Assembly: GCA_965204635.1 (NCBI GenBank) | Contig: OZ242001.1 | Span: 3,946,780 to 4,010,779, forward strand | Origin: Phototrophicaceae bacterium | GTDB lineage: Bacteria > Chloroflexota > Anaerolineae > Aggregatilineales > Phototrophicaceae | Direction of reading: 5' to 3' | DNA length: 64,000 nt | In this document: piece by piece, positions 8,705 through 17,886 of the stretch | Numbering within the stretch: position 1 is the stretch's first letter | Layout: each line of letters begins with the position of its first letter | The notes under the pieces: model-generated | Databases searched by the model: none | What the model saw: the letters and a program-made list of their open reading frames with translations, nothing else | Told to the model about the DNA's origin: nothing | Translations under genes and position numbers: made by a program

Positions 8705-10048
8705 ATGTTCAACAAGTTACGTCTTGGGCTTTTGTTTGTCTTGCTGTTGGGATTGCTAACCGGGATCGCAGTCGCGCAGGACGCGGTAAGCATCACGGTT
8801 CGTTGCAAAGCCAGCCCGCCGGAAGAGGACTGGCGCTGCAACAATTTCGCTTCTGTCGAAGCCGAGGTCGAAGCCGCGCTTGGCATCGATATCGAATTGA
8901 ATCTGATTCAGGACAATGCCGGTTGGGGCGATTACAAGAACGAATTCGTCCTGGCGTCAGAGGCGGGTGAAGCGCCTGATATCATCCTGTCGGGTCACGA
9001 GGATATTGGCGCCTGGGCGCCGGCCGGCTTCATCATCCCGCTGGATGATGTCATCGGCATGCACACTGAATTCGACGATATCGTGCCCTCGCTCTGGGAA
9101 TCGCACGGCTATGCCGGTCAGATTTGGGGTATCCCGCAGGATGCCGAAGCCCGTCCCATCTTCTACAGCAAGCTCTTGCTGCGGGATCTGGGCTGGAGCG
9201 AAGAGGATATCGAGTCCCTGCCCGACCGCGTTGCCGCCGGCGAATTCACCTTTGCCGATATGCTGGCGACGGCCGAAGCCGCCATAGATGAAGGCATCGT
9301 CGACAGTGGCAACGGTTGGTGGCATCGTCCCAGCAATGGTCCGGACTTCCTCTACTACTACTACGGCAATGGCGGTGAAGTCCTGGATATGGACGGCAAC
9401 CTCATGGTGGACCGCGAAGCCCTGGTCGCCGCTTATGAGCTCTTGGGCGGCGCCGTCGCCTCGGGCGTGCTGCGTTCCGATGTGATCGGTCTCGACTGGA
9501 ACGAAGTTTGGCATCCGACCGTGGCGCAGGCTGATACCGTGCTCTTCGCCGCCGGCGGAACCTGGAACTGGCCGAACTGGGCGATCAATTATGTCGCCGA
9601 CAAGGGCGGCGACGCCTATCTCTTCGAGAATATCGGCCTCACGCTGATCCCGGCCATGGGCACGGGCGAAGCCATCACGCTGACGCATCCGCTGACCTAC
9701 ATGATCAGCAGCGGCAGCGAGAACCCGGATGTCGCCCTCAAGCTGATTGCGGCGATCACCACGCCCGAGCATAACAACAAACACGCCATCGACAGCTTCC
9801 ACCTGGGCATTCTGAACGCGCAGTTGGAGTCGGAAGCTTATGCCGACAACCGCTTGCTCAGCAGCGCGCACTACATGCTGGATCACACCACGGCGCTGCC
9901 GAATCATCCGGGCTGGAATGCCTGGTCGAACGCCTACTTCCTGGGCATTCAAGCGGTGGAAACGGGTGAAGCCGATGCCGCGGGCGCTGCCGATATCGCC
10001 ATCGCGCAGATGGAGAACGAACTCGGCGACGGCATAATGGTCCGCTAG
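8705..10048 (+). CDS. ABC transporter extracellular solute-binding protein (sugar/glycerophosphodiester type)
   Basis: 447-aa ORF with signal peptide MFNKLRLGLLFVLLLGLLTGIAVAQ. First gene of an SBP-permease-permease-ATPase operon. Confidence 0.8.
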   Translation: MFNKLRLGLLFVLLLGLLTGIAVAQDAVSITVRCKASPPEEDWRCNNFASVEAEVEAALGIDIELNLIQDNAGWGDYKNEFVLASEAGEAPDIILSGHEDIGAWAPAGFIIPLDDVIGMHTEFDDIVPSLWESHGYAGQIWGIPQDAEARPIFYSKLLLRDLGWSEEDIESLPDRVAAGEFTFADMLATAEAAIDEGIVDSGNGWWHRPSNGPDFLYYYYGNGGEVLDMDGNLMVDREALVAAYELLGGAVASGVLRSDVIGLDWNEVWHPTVAQADTVLFAAGGTWNWPNWAINYVADKGGDAYLFENIGLTLIPAMGTGEAITLTHPLTYMISSGSENPDVALKLIAAITTPEHNNKHAIDSFHLGILNAQLESEAYADNRLLSSAHYMLDHTTALPNHPGWNAWSNAYFLGIQAVETGEADAAGAADIAIAQMENELGDGIMVR

Positions 10049-10080
10049 CGGTTCCCTGCCGAGTTTTCTCTTTGACCGTA

Positions 10081-10101
10081 GGGGCGAGCCACCGGCTCGC
10101 C
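10081..10101. repeat. REP-type hairpin
   Basis: GTAGGGGCGAGCCACCGGCTCGCCC, 33 nt after the SBP gene stop. Confidence 0.7.
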
Positions 10102-10217
10102 CACACAAGTTTGGTCCAATGAGATGATTTCCAGGGGCGACTTGCGGTAAGCGTCGAAGGGCGATGTTTAGGCGCCCGACGCGACCCGGCGAGTCGCCCA
10201 CAGGCCAATCCCAACTC

Positions 10218-11201
10218 ATGTCCGAGCCAGTTGCCAATTCCAATTCATCAGCCGCTCTTTTGCAGAGCCGCCGGAACGCCCTGCGCTCCTATCTGGGCGC
10301 TTATGGCTTCATGGCGCCGGCGGGCATTCTTGTCATCGTCTTTTTCTTGATTCCCGTCGCTATCGTTCTTTATCTCAGCGTCACCAATCTGGCGAGCTCC
10401 AATTTCACCTCCGACCTCGCCAAGATGGAATTCATCGGCCTGAAGAATTATGACACCCTATTCAACGATCAGTTCGCGCGCAAGATTTTCTCCAATACGA
10501 TCTTTTATGTGCTGGTCACGCTGTCCATTTTTAATGTTTCGCTTGCGCTTATCGTCTCGCTCTTGACAACGCATATCGACCGCAATGCCGGTTTTATCTT
10601 CCGGGCCATGTGGATCTTGCCGCGCATCACCTCGCCGGTCGTCTACATTTTGATCTGGAAGCGCATGATCGCCGAGGCGCCCTTCGGGATTATCAACCAG
10701 TTCAATGAGTTCCTGGGGCAGCCGACCTACAACTACATCTCGACCAATCCCTGGGTCTTTGTTGTCGTCGTCAATGGCTTCATCGGCGTGTCATTCGGCA
10801 TGATCATTTTCACCTCCGCCATCGAGTCGATCCCCAAAGACCTGCTGAACGCGTCGCTGGTCGACGGCTCCTCGCGGCTGCAGCGCATCCGTTTTGTCAT
10901 CTTGCCTTTGATTCGCTGGCCGCTTCTTTTTGTTGTCACCTATCAGACGCTCTCCTTGTTGACTTCCTTTGTCGAAATCCAGTTGTTGACCGACGGCGGT
11001 CCCGGGCTCTATCGCACTGAAGTCTGGTCCTTGACCGCCTACCACCGCGCATTGTCCAATTATTTCGGCAATGCGCAGTGGGGTTATGGCTCCGCCTTTG
11101 CTGTGCTTCTGGTGTTGATCGGCGTCGTGCTCGCCGTGATATATATGCGCGTGTTCCGCTTTGACGAACTCATTGCGGAACCGCGGGTGGAGGCGCTGTA
11201 A
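10218..11201 (+). CDS. ABC transporter permease (MalF/UgpA-like)
   Basis: ORF 10164..11201, likely start ATG 10218. About 6 TM segments and an EAA-type loop (SAIESIPKDLLNASLVDGSSRLQRIRFVILPLIRWP). Stop overlaps the next start (ATGA-type junction at 11201). Confidence 0.85.
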   Translation: MSEPVANSNSSAALLQSRRNALRSYLGAYGFMAPAGILVIVFFLIPVAIVLYLSVTNLASSNFTSDLAKMEFIGLKNYDTLFNDQFARKIFSNTIFYVLVTLSIFNVSLALIVSLLTTHIDRNAGFIFRAMWILPRITSPVVYILIWKRMIAEAPFGIINQFNEFLGQPTYNYISTNPWVFVVVVNGFIGVSFGMIIFTSAIESIPKDLLNASLVDGSSRLQRIRFVILPLIRWPLLFVVTYQTLSLLTSFVEIQLLTDGGPGLYRTEVWSLTAYHRALSNYFGNAQWGYGSAFAVLLVLIGVVLAVIYMRVFRFDELIAEPRVEAL

Positions 11202-12775
11202 TGGCGCGCGCGGAACTGTTCGCTTCGGCCAAAGTCAAAACCGATGAGGTTCAGCCGACGCTGCAAGCGGACTTTGTCGAAGCGCTGCGCGTCGCCGCCA
11301 TCAGCATCCTTGTCCTGCTGGTCGCGGCTTTCTTTTTCAGCGGCGTTGTGGGCCCCTTCTTCGCCCTGGGCAGCGTCGAAGAAACCGTGACCGATGTCTT
11401 GACCCGGCTCGCGCTGCTTGTTCTTCCCTACGTCGCCTATATTTCGGCGGCCAGCGTCGCCCGCCGCTACGTATATCGCGCTACGACGCGCGCCCTCGGC
11501 CTGGCGTTCAGCAGCACCATCGTGATCTTCTTAATCATTTCCGCCGGGCACTATGTGCTTGACTACGGCGTCTTTGCGCCGCGCCCCTCCCTGCAGATGA
11601 CCCTGAGCCAAAGCGATGCCGGGATCCGCGTTGACGCGGTCGCCCCCGGCGGCGCCGCCGAGACCGCCGGCATTTTGGCGGGCGATATAATCACGGCGAT
11701 ACGGCGCGACCCGGTGGACCTGTCCGCCTTCAACAAACGGCTGAACCAATCCGAGCTTGACGCGCCGCTGCGCTTGCGCTTCCTCCGCGACGGCGAAGAA
11801 ATGCAGGAGACCGCGCGCGTCGTCCTGGTCTCCAATAAGGAACTTGGCGTCCTCTTGCCGGGCTTGATGATCGGCCTGGTTTTCACGGCGATTATCGTCT
11901 TCCTGCCCGGGCATTGGGCGCCGTATATAGCCTTGGTTGGTCTGCTCTTCCCCTTGCTCATCGGCTATTTCTGGGTCATCGTGGCGACCTTCTCCTACCG
12001 CACCAAGGGCCTTGTCCCGCTGGACGGCAATGACAATTTCGGCGGCTTCACCTTAAAGAACTGGGAATCGATCTTCGCCGGCAATATCGCCGGCCTGGAA
12101 TTTAACATCTGGCCCATCTTGATGACCTCGCTGGCCATCGCCGTGTTGATGACCTTCGTGGTCTTGTTGGTCTCGTCGATGGCCGGTTATGCCCTGTCGC
12201 GGATGGATTTCCCCGGACGGCGCTTTTTCTTGTCCTTTACCTTGATCCTGCATGGCTTTCCGGCGATTACGCTGCTTATCCCGATCTTCATTGTGCTGCT
12301 GCGAATGGGCGATACGCCAATCATCGGCGATTTGATCGGTTTCAATACGGTCGGCGGCATCGCCATGGTCATGGTCGCCTTTCAACTGCCCCTCGGCGTT
12401 TGGCTGATGAAAGGCTTCTTCGACAATATCCCCTGGGATATGGAACGCTCGGCTCTGATTGACGGCGCCTCGCGCTTCCGCACTTATTGGGAGATCCTCC
12501 TGCCGCAGATCCGGCCCGGCTTGTTAGCCCTGGGCATCTTCGCTTTCATCGGCGGCTGGAACGCCTACATCATTCCGGCGACATATTCCATCGGCACCGG
12601 CTTGAGCAATTTGCCGGTCTTCCTGAATGAATTGATTGACGAGACGGCGCCGGTGGATTGGAATCAGGTGGCGGCGGTCGGGCTCTTCCAATTGATTCCC
12701 ATCTTTATCTTCTTCATCTTCGCCCAGGAATACCTCTTGAATATCTACGCCGGCGGCACGAAGGGAAGCTCATAA
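11201..12775 (+). CDS. ABC transporter permease (MalG/UgpE-like) with N-terminal TM extension containing a PDZ domain
   Basis: 524-aa ORF. C-terminal half is a permease with EAA loop (FDNIPWDMERSALIDGASRFRTYWEILLPQIRPG). Residues ~135-205 (GIRVDAVAPGGAAETAGILAGDIITAIRRDPV...LRLRFLRDGEEMQETARVV) match the PDZ pattern and are flanked by TM helices. Confidence 0.8.
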   Translation: MARAELFASAKVKTDEVQPTLQADFVEALRVAAISILVLLVAAFFFSGVVGPFFALGSVEETVTDVLTRLALLVLPYVAYISAASVARRYVYRATTRALGLAFSSTIVIFLIISAGHYVLDYGVFAPRPSLQMTLSQSDAGIRVDAVAPGGAAETAGILAGDIITAIRRDPVDLSAFNKRLNQSELDAPLRLRFLRDGEEMQETARVVLVSNKELGVLLPGLMIGLVFTAIIVFLPGHWAPYIALVGLLFPLLIGYFWVIVATFSYRTKGLVPLDGNDNFGGFTLKNWESIFAGNIAGLEFNIWPILMTSLAIAVLMTFVVLLVSSMAGYALSRMDFPGRRFFLSFTLILHGFPAITLLIPIFIVLLRMGDTPIIGDLIGFNTVGGIAMVMVAFQLPLGVWLMKGFFDNIPWDMERSALIDGASRFRTYWEILLPQIRPGLLALGIFAFIGGWNAYIIPATYSIGTGLSNLPVFLNELIDETAPVDWNQVAAVGLFQLIPIFIFFIFAQEYLLNIYAGGTKGSS

Positions 12776-12801
12776 GGCCGCATTGCCGGGAGCGCGAGGC
12801 C

Positions 12802-13884
12802 ATGGAAATAAGAATCGACAATTTGACCAAGAAGTTCGGCGAAGTGGTCGGCGTCGAAGACCTGACCTTGCATATCGACGATGGCGAATTTGTGGCTTTC
12901 CTGGGGCCCTCCGGTTGCGGCAAAACGACGACGCTGCTCACCTTGGCCGGCATCTACAAACCGACAGACGGCCTCATTCGCTTCGGCGACCGCATCGTCA
13001 ACACGGTGCAGCCCAAGGACCGCAACATCGGCATGGTCTTCCAGAGCTACGCCCTCTACCCGCACATGACCGTCTTCCAAAATATCGCCTATCCGCTCAA
13101 ACTCAAAAAGGCGCCCAAGAATGTACAGAACGAGCGCGTGCGGCAAGTCGCGGGGGTGATGGGCATCGGCGAATTGCTTGACCGCCGCCCCGGCCAGCTT
13201 TCCGGCGGCCAACAGCAGCGCGTCGCCTTGGGGCGGGCATTGGTCAAGGAACCGGACGTCCTGCTCTTCGATGAACCGCTCTCCAATCTGGATGCGCGCC
13301 TGCGCCTGACGATGCGCGGCGAGATCAAGCACCTGCAGAAGAACCTCGGCATCACGTCCATCTATGTCACGCATGATCAAGTGGAAGCCATGACGATGGC
13401 CGATCGCATCGCGGTGATGAGCGGCGGCCACTTGCAGGCATTTGACTCGCCGGAGGAACTGTACGACCGCCCGAAGACGCAGTTCGTCGCCGGCTTCGTC
13501 GGCAATCCGCCGATGAATTTTGTCGATGTGAACGTATCGCAAGCGAACGGCGCTTTCATCGCGGAGACGGATTCGATTCGCCTGAACGTGCCGGCCGCGC
13601 GCGGGGCGCCGGCGGCGGAACATGCCGGCGCTGTTGTCATGGGTCTGCGCCCGGAAGATATCGCGATTGCGAGCGAAGGCGAGGTCGCCGGCGAGATTTT
13701 TGTTGTCGAACCGCTGGGGCGGGAAGATCTGATTGATGTCCGCGTCGGCGATCACAGCTTCATCTTGCTGGCGAACACGGAGAGCCAGCACCGCGCCGGC
13801 GAGCAGGTTTCGCTGCAATTCGACATGAACCAGGTTCAATTCTTCGATCCGCAAACCGAGAGATCGCTCCTTTGGCGGCAGTGA
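12802..13884 (+). CDS. ABC transporter ATP-binding protein (MalK/UgpC-like)
   Basis: ORF 12658..13884. Start at ATG 12802 (MEIRIDNLTKKFG). Walker A GPSGCGKTT, signature LSGGQQQRV, Walker B LLFDEP, plus a C-terminal regulatory/TOBE-like domain. Confidence 0.9.
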   Translation: MEIRIDNLTKKFGEVVGVEDLTLHIDDGEFVAFLGPSGCGKTTTLLTLAGIYKPTDGLIRFGDRIVNTVQPKDRNIGMVFQSYALYPHMTVFQNIAYPLKLKKAPKNVQNERVRQVAGVMGIGELLDRRPGQLSGGQQQRVALGRALVKEPDVLLFDEPLSNLDARLRLTMRGEIKHLQKNLGITSIYVTHDQVEAMTMADRIAVMSGGHLQAFDSPEELYDRPKTQFVAGFVGNPPMNFVDVNVSQANGAFIAETDSIRLNVPAARGAPAAEHAGAVVMGLRPEDIAIASEGEVAGEIFVVEPLGREDLIDVRVGDHSFILLANTESQHRAGEQVSLQFDMNQVQFFDPQTERSLLWRQ

Positions 13885-13902
13885 GAGTCCGCGAGTGCCG
13901 TC

Positions 13903-15327
13903 ATGGATGAGGAGCAATTGCGCGGGCTGGACCGCCGACAGGTTTCCGAACGCGATCACGAACTGGCGCTGCGCCATGCGCCCGTTTTATGTTTCGACGC
14001 GCGCGAGCCATTCTTGCCGACGGTCGTCGGCTATACCGTCTTTCGACAATCGGCCGCATCCGAGTCCTTCCCGCGTGAGCTCGAGCTAACGGGCGATATC
14101 GCCTGCGCGATCGAATATGCGATCTGGTGGGATTGGGATATCCAGCATCTCTACGAATTGGAACATGCCTGGGTCTATCTTGATTCCGGCGGCAATCTCA
14201 TCGCGGCCGAAGCGAGCTGGCACGGACGCTTCAATCGCATGCTGGCGGACGACTCGCGGCCGCCGCAGCAAGATGGCCGCCTGCTGCTCAACTCGGAACC
14301 GGGCAAGCACGCCTTCGCGGCCGCGCCGGAACGCTTGCTACAGCGCGAGGCGATAACGCGGGCGAGTTGCGGTCGCCATGCCGGCCGCGCGGGCTTGCTT
14401 GTCACCCCCTTGTTTGAGGGCATCATCCGCGCTGACAGACCTTATAACAACCGCCTCATCCACACCTGGCTGGAGCGCCAGCAATTTGAACCCAGCTATG
14501 AATTCTCCAAGCGCTTTGACCTCAGGACAGCGGCTTTTGTGCCCTGGGCCAATCTCTTCGCCTGGATACCGGGTCGCGTCGAGGCCTTGCTGGCGGAATT
14601 GCGGGCGTCGATCCGGCCCGATCAACTGCGCGTCCTGCGCATCGCTCATCGCGGCGCATCGGCTTATGCCCGGGAGAATTCGCCGGCATCCTTGCACAAG
14701 GCGGCCGAATTGGGCGCCGACATGGTAGAAATCGATATCCGCACTACGGCCGATGATGTGCCGGTCGTGACGCATGACAGCAGCTTGAAACGCGTATATG
14801 GCATCAGCGGCAGCGTCTCGGATTACAGCATGGCCGAGCTGCGGCGCTTGACGGCCGGGCCGGGCGCGCTAATCAGCTTTGACGAGGCCGTCGCTCTTTG
14901 CAAGCCGCTGCGCCTGGGACTCTATCTCGATATCAAACAGCTTTCAGTGGCCTCGGCGCGGGCCATGCTGGAAGCGCTCGATCGCCAGCATTACATGAAA
15001 AGCACCATATTTGCGTCCTTCAGGCCCGACTATGTGGCCGATATCAAAGCGGCCCGCCCCGACGTTAAGACTTCGATCCTGTTCGGCGCGGTGACGATCG
15101 ATCCGGTTAAGCTGGCGCGCTCGGTCGGGGCGGATTATGTACATCCCTGCTGGGAGAATCGGGCCGAGCAGCCGCACCGTCTGCTAACTCGGGAATGGCT
15201 GGATGCCGTTCGACGTGCCGACTTGGGCATCGTTTGCTGGCATGAGGAACGGCCGGCGGAAATCGCGGCGCTGAAGGCTCTGGGCGTCGACGCGATATGT
15301 TCTGACAAGCCGGAGTTGCTGGTGTAG
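13903..15327 (+). CDS. glycerophosphodiester phosphodiesterase (GDPD) domain protein with ~240-aa unknown N-terminal domain
   Basis: 474-aa ORF. C-terminal half has the GDPD signature LRIAHRGASAYARENSPASL...MVEIDIRTTADDVPVVTHD. I do not recognise the N-terminal domain. Confidence 0.75.
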   Translation: MDEEQLRGLDRRQVSERDHELALRHAPVLCFDAREPFLPTVVGYTVFRQSAASESFPRELELTGDIACAIEYAIWWDWDIQHLYELEHAWVYLDSGGNLIAAEASWHGRFNRMLADDSRPPQQDGRLLLNSEPGKHAFAAAPERLLQREAITRASCGRHAGRAGLLVTPLFEGIIRADRPYNNRLIHTWLERQQFEPSYEFSKRFDLRTAAFVPWANLFAWIPGRVEALLAELRASIRPDQLRVLRIAHRGASAYARENSPASLHKAAELGADMVEIDIRTTADDVPVVTHDSSLKRVYGISGSVSDYSMAELRRLTAGPGALISFDEAVALCKPLRLGLYLDIKQLSVASARAMLEALDRQHYMKSTIFASFRPDYVADIKAARPDVKTSILFGAVTIDPVKLARSVGADYVHPCWENRAEQPHRLLTREWLDAVRRADLGIVCWHEERPAEIAALKALGVDAICSDKPELLV

Positions 15328-15335
15328 GGCTCAAT

Positions 15336-16478
15336 ATGAACGAGAAAGCCGAGATAAAGGCCGGGGGGCTTTTCCCGACGACAGTCATCGGCAGTTTGCC
15401 GCGCCCTACGTGGGTGATTGACCTGCTCATCAAGCATCAGAATGGCAGCCTCAGCGATGCAGCGCTGGACGAGGCGCTGGACAAAGCCATCGGCTTCGCG
15501 ATTGGCCTGCAGGAAGCGGCCGGCATCGACATCATCTCCGATGGCGAGTGGCGCCGGATCGGCTATTTTGAAGTCTTTGCGCAGAAGATCGACGGCTTTC
15601 AAGGCGCCGAATATCGCACGCAGGCGCTTGCGCCCGAGGTCCTGCCGACCACGGGCCTGTCCGCGCCGCAGCAATGGACGCTGAAAGAATTCAAGCAAGC
15701 CCTGGTCGTGGGCAGGATGAGCTATTCGCGCCCGATTGCCGCCGCCGGCGCCGCCTTTCTGCGCCGGCATACGGGGAGAAAAATAAAGGTGGCTTTGCCG
15801 TCGCCGCACATGATCGGCGGGCGACTCTGGCACCCGGAGCATTCCAGCGCCGCCTATGCGACGCGCCGGGATTTTATCGAGGACGTGATTCCCATTCTGC
15901 GTGAGGAGGTTTTGGCCCTGCGCGATGCTGGCGTCGATGTTCTTCAGTTTGATGATCCCTGGCTCTGCTTCTTCGTGGATCCGGAACACCGGGCGCGCTT
16001 CGCCGACCCGGAGGCTGAGATGGCGGGGGCGATTGAAGATCTCAACCGCGTTCTGGCCGGCATTGACGGCATCAAGACGGCGCTGCATGTCTGCCGCGGC
16101 AATCGCGCGCGCACCGTATACGCCAACGGAGATTATGAGCCGATCATGCCACATCTGCTGGCTGCCGATGTCGATCAGCTGGCGATGGAGTTCGCCGTTT
16201 CGGAAGCGGGCGATGTCGCGATCTTTGAACAATTCCCCACCGATAAAGAGATTGGCTTGGGCGTTGTTGACGTCCGCGGCGAAGTTGTCGATACGCCGGC
16301 GCTCATTGTGGAACGGGTGGAAAAGGCGCTGCGCTACCTGAAGCCGGAACAGATCGCGCTGAACCCGGACTGCGGCTTCGCGCCGACGAGCACGAATCCC
16401 ATCTCGCTGGAAGAAGCCAGCCGGAAGCTGGTCGCCTTGGCCCGGGCGGCTGAGATTCTGCGCGAACGCTACGCTTGA
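15336..16478 (+). CDS. cobalamin-independent methionine synthase C-terminal-domain-like (Meth_synt_2 family) protein
   Basis: 380-aa ORF. TTVIGSLPRPTW, HVCRGN and LNPDCGFAP motifs typical of the MetE catalytic-domain family. Lies 8 nt after the GDPD gene. Confidence 0.7.
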   Translation: MNEKAEIKAGGLFPTTVIGSLPRPTWVIDLLIKHQNGSLSDAALDEALDKAIGFAIGLQEAAGIDIISDGEWRRIGYFEVFAQKIDGFQGAEYRTQALAPEVLPTTGLSAPQQWTLKEFKQALVVGRMSYSRPIAAAGAAFLRRHTGRKIKVALPSPHMIGGRLWHPEHSSAAYATRRDFIEDVIPILREEVLALRDAGVDVLQFDDPWLCFFVDPEHRARFADPEAEMAGAIEDLNRVLAGIDGIKTALHVCRGNRARTVYANGDYEPIMPHLLAADVDQLAMEFAVSEAGDVAIFEQFPTDKEIGLGVVDVRGEVVDTPALIVERVEKALRYLKPEQIALNPDCGFAPTSTNPISLEEASRKLVALARAAEILRERYA

Positions 16479-16487
16479 CCGGGTGAA

Positions 16488-16958
16488 TCATGTATTCCCG
16501 GTTGCACCATCGAGAGTGAGCAAATAGGCAATGATGTGACCGATTTCCGTCAGCGTTAAGCGGTCGCGAAAATTGGCCGGCATCGCATTGGCGTAACCGT
16601 CAAGGACCAGCGCGCCCGGATACAAGATCGATTCGAAAAGATACTGTTCTGCCGATAAAGGCGGCCGCCTGCGCCCAGCCCTTGCGGCGATGCCGGCGAA
16701 CAGTGGCGCCACGCGCCCCTCGCCGGATACATGGCAAGCGCCGCAGCCATATTCGACGATGAGCGAGTGCCCGCTCGTCGCCGACGATCCCGCCATCGCC
16801 GTAGCGACTTCCTCAGCGTAAGAATGCGCGTCGATGGTTATTGTCGGCGTCGTCAGGGATGCGCTTGCGACGACGAAGGCGATCGCAAAAATCGTGGTCA
16901 CAGCCGCAAGCAAGCAGATGCTGAGGACGATCGCGGGCTTGGCTCGTCGCGTAGCCAC
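16488..16958 (-). CDS. membrane-anchored c-type cytochrome
   Basis: ORF 16488..16994 opens with TTG. I prefer GTG 16958, preceded by AGGAGG at 9 nt. One TM helix, then a single CGACH heme-binding motif. Immediately downstream of ctaB. Confidence 0.6.
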   Translation of the reverse strand: MATRRAKPAIVLSICLLAAVTTIFAIAFVVASASLTTPTITIDAHSYAEEVATAMAGSSATSGHSLIVEYGCGACHVSGEGRVAPLFAGIAARAGRRRPPLSAEQYLFESILYPGALVLDGYANAMPANFRDRLTLTEIGHIIAYLLTLDGATGNT

Positions 16959-16971
16959 TCCGGGGCGCCTC

Positions 16972-17886
16972 CTAGAGCAGCAGCCGGTCGACAATCATCG
17001 CCAGGAAAAGCAGCGCCAGATAAAGTGAAGAATATTTGTAGAGGGCGCGCGCTGTCGCCTTGTCCTTCTTGATGATGAGTTTGACTGACTGCCAGATCAG
17101 AAGCAGACCAAGCAGCGCCGCCAGCGCGAGGTAGACGGGTCCCAGAAAATCAGGCGCTTGTGGCATACGCAGCAGTAGGGCGGGCGAGAGACTGATGATC
17201 AGCAGTTGAAGGGAATAGAAGAGGATTTGATATCGAGTAATGCCTTCCCCGCGCGCCACCGGCATCATCGGGATATCGGCAGCGGCATAATCCTTGTTGA
17301 CGAGGATCGCCAAAGCCCAGGAGTGCGGCGGCGTCCAATAGAATACGATGGCGAATAAGATGAAGGCTTGCAGGTCAATCCGTCCCGTTGCCGCGGCCCA
17401 GCCGACCAGCACGGGCATGGCGCCGGCGCCACCGCCAATCAAAATGTTGACCACGGTGTTGCGCTTCAGCACGATGGTGTAAATGACAATGTAATAGAGT
17501 GCGCCGGCCAAGGCAACCGCAGCCGCCAGCGCATTCACCAGCGTACCCAGAATGAGCGCGGATGCCGCGATCAAAGCCAAGCCATAACGCAGCGCATTTT
17601 GCGCGCTGATGCGGCCCGACGGGATCGGCCGTCGGGCGGTCCGCGTCATTTTGACATCGACTTCCCGGTCAAGATAGTGGTTGATGGCGCTCGCGCCGCC
17701 CGCCGAAAGCGCGCCGCCAATGATCGTGAAGATAAGAATGTCGATTGGAGGTATGCGATTCGCCGCAACAATCATGCTGGTGACACAGGTGAATACCAAC
17801 AGCGTCACGATGCGCGGTTTCATCAGTTCAATGTAGGCCCGCGGCGTATCGCCGATGGATATTGTGCGGCGTAAGGCACTGATCAT
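16972..17886 (-). CDS. ctaB: protoheme IX farnesyltransferase (heme O synthase)
   Basis: 304-aa polytopic ORF. YIELMKPRIVTLLVFT N-terminus and UbiA-type Asp-rich loop (NHYLDREVDVKMTRTARRP). ATGA overlap with ctaA stop. Confidence 0.9.
   Translation of the reverse strand: MISALRRTISIGDTPRAYIELMKPRIVTLLVFTCVTSMIVAANRIPPIDILIFTIIGGALSAGGASAINHYLDREVDVKMTRTARRPIPSGRISAQNALRYGLALIAASALILGTLVNALAAAVALAGALYYIVIYTIVLKRNTVVNILIGGGAGAMPVLVGWAAATGRIDLQAFILFAIVFYWTPPHSWALAILVNKDYAAADIPMMPVARGEGITRYQILFYSLQLLIISLSPALLLRMPQAPDFLGPVYLALAALLGLLLIWQSVKLIIKKDKATARALYKYSSLYLALLFLAMIVDRLLL

Noticed and set aside
8957-10243. Long antisense ORFs opposite clearly recognisable genes. Examples: 2354..3136(+), 3302..4120(+), 8957..10243(-), 12745..13977(-), 15135..16232(-), 21989..23152(-), 24004..24687(-), 29846..30685(+), 32422..33615(+), 33879..34814(+), 39685..41085(+), 40908..42365(+), 55028..56272(+), 56922..57857(+), 60528..62234(+), 63196..63891(+)
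   Set aside because: These are typical shadow ORFs of high-GC DNA. Their products are Arg/Ala/Gly/Pro-rich and low in complexity, with no motifs. The opposite strand encodes proteins with strong family signatures.
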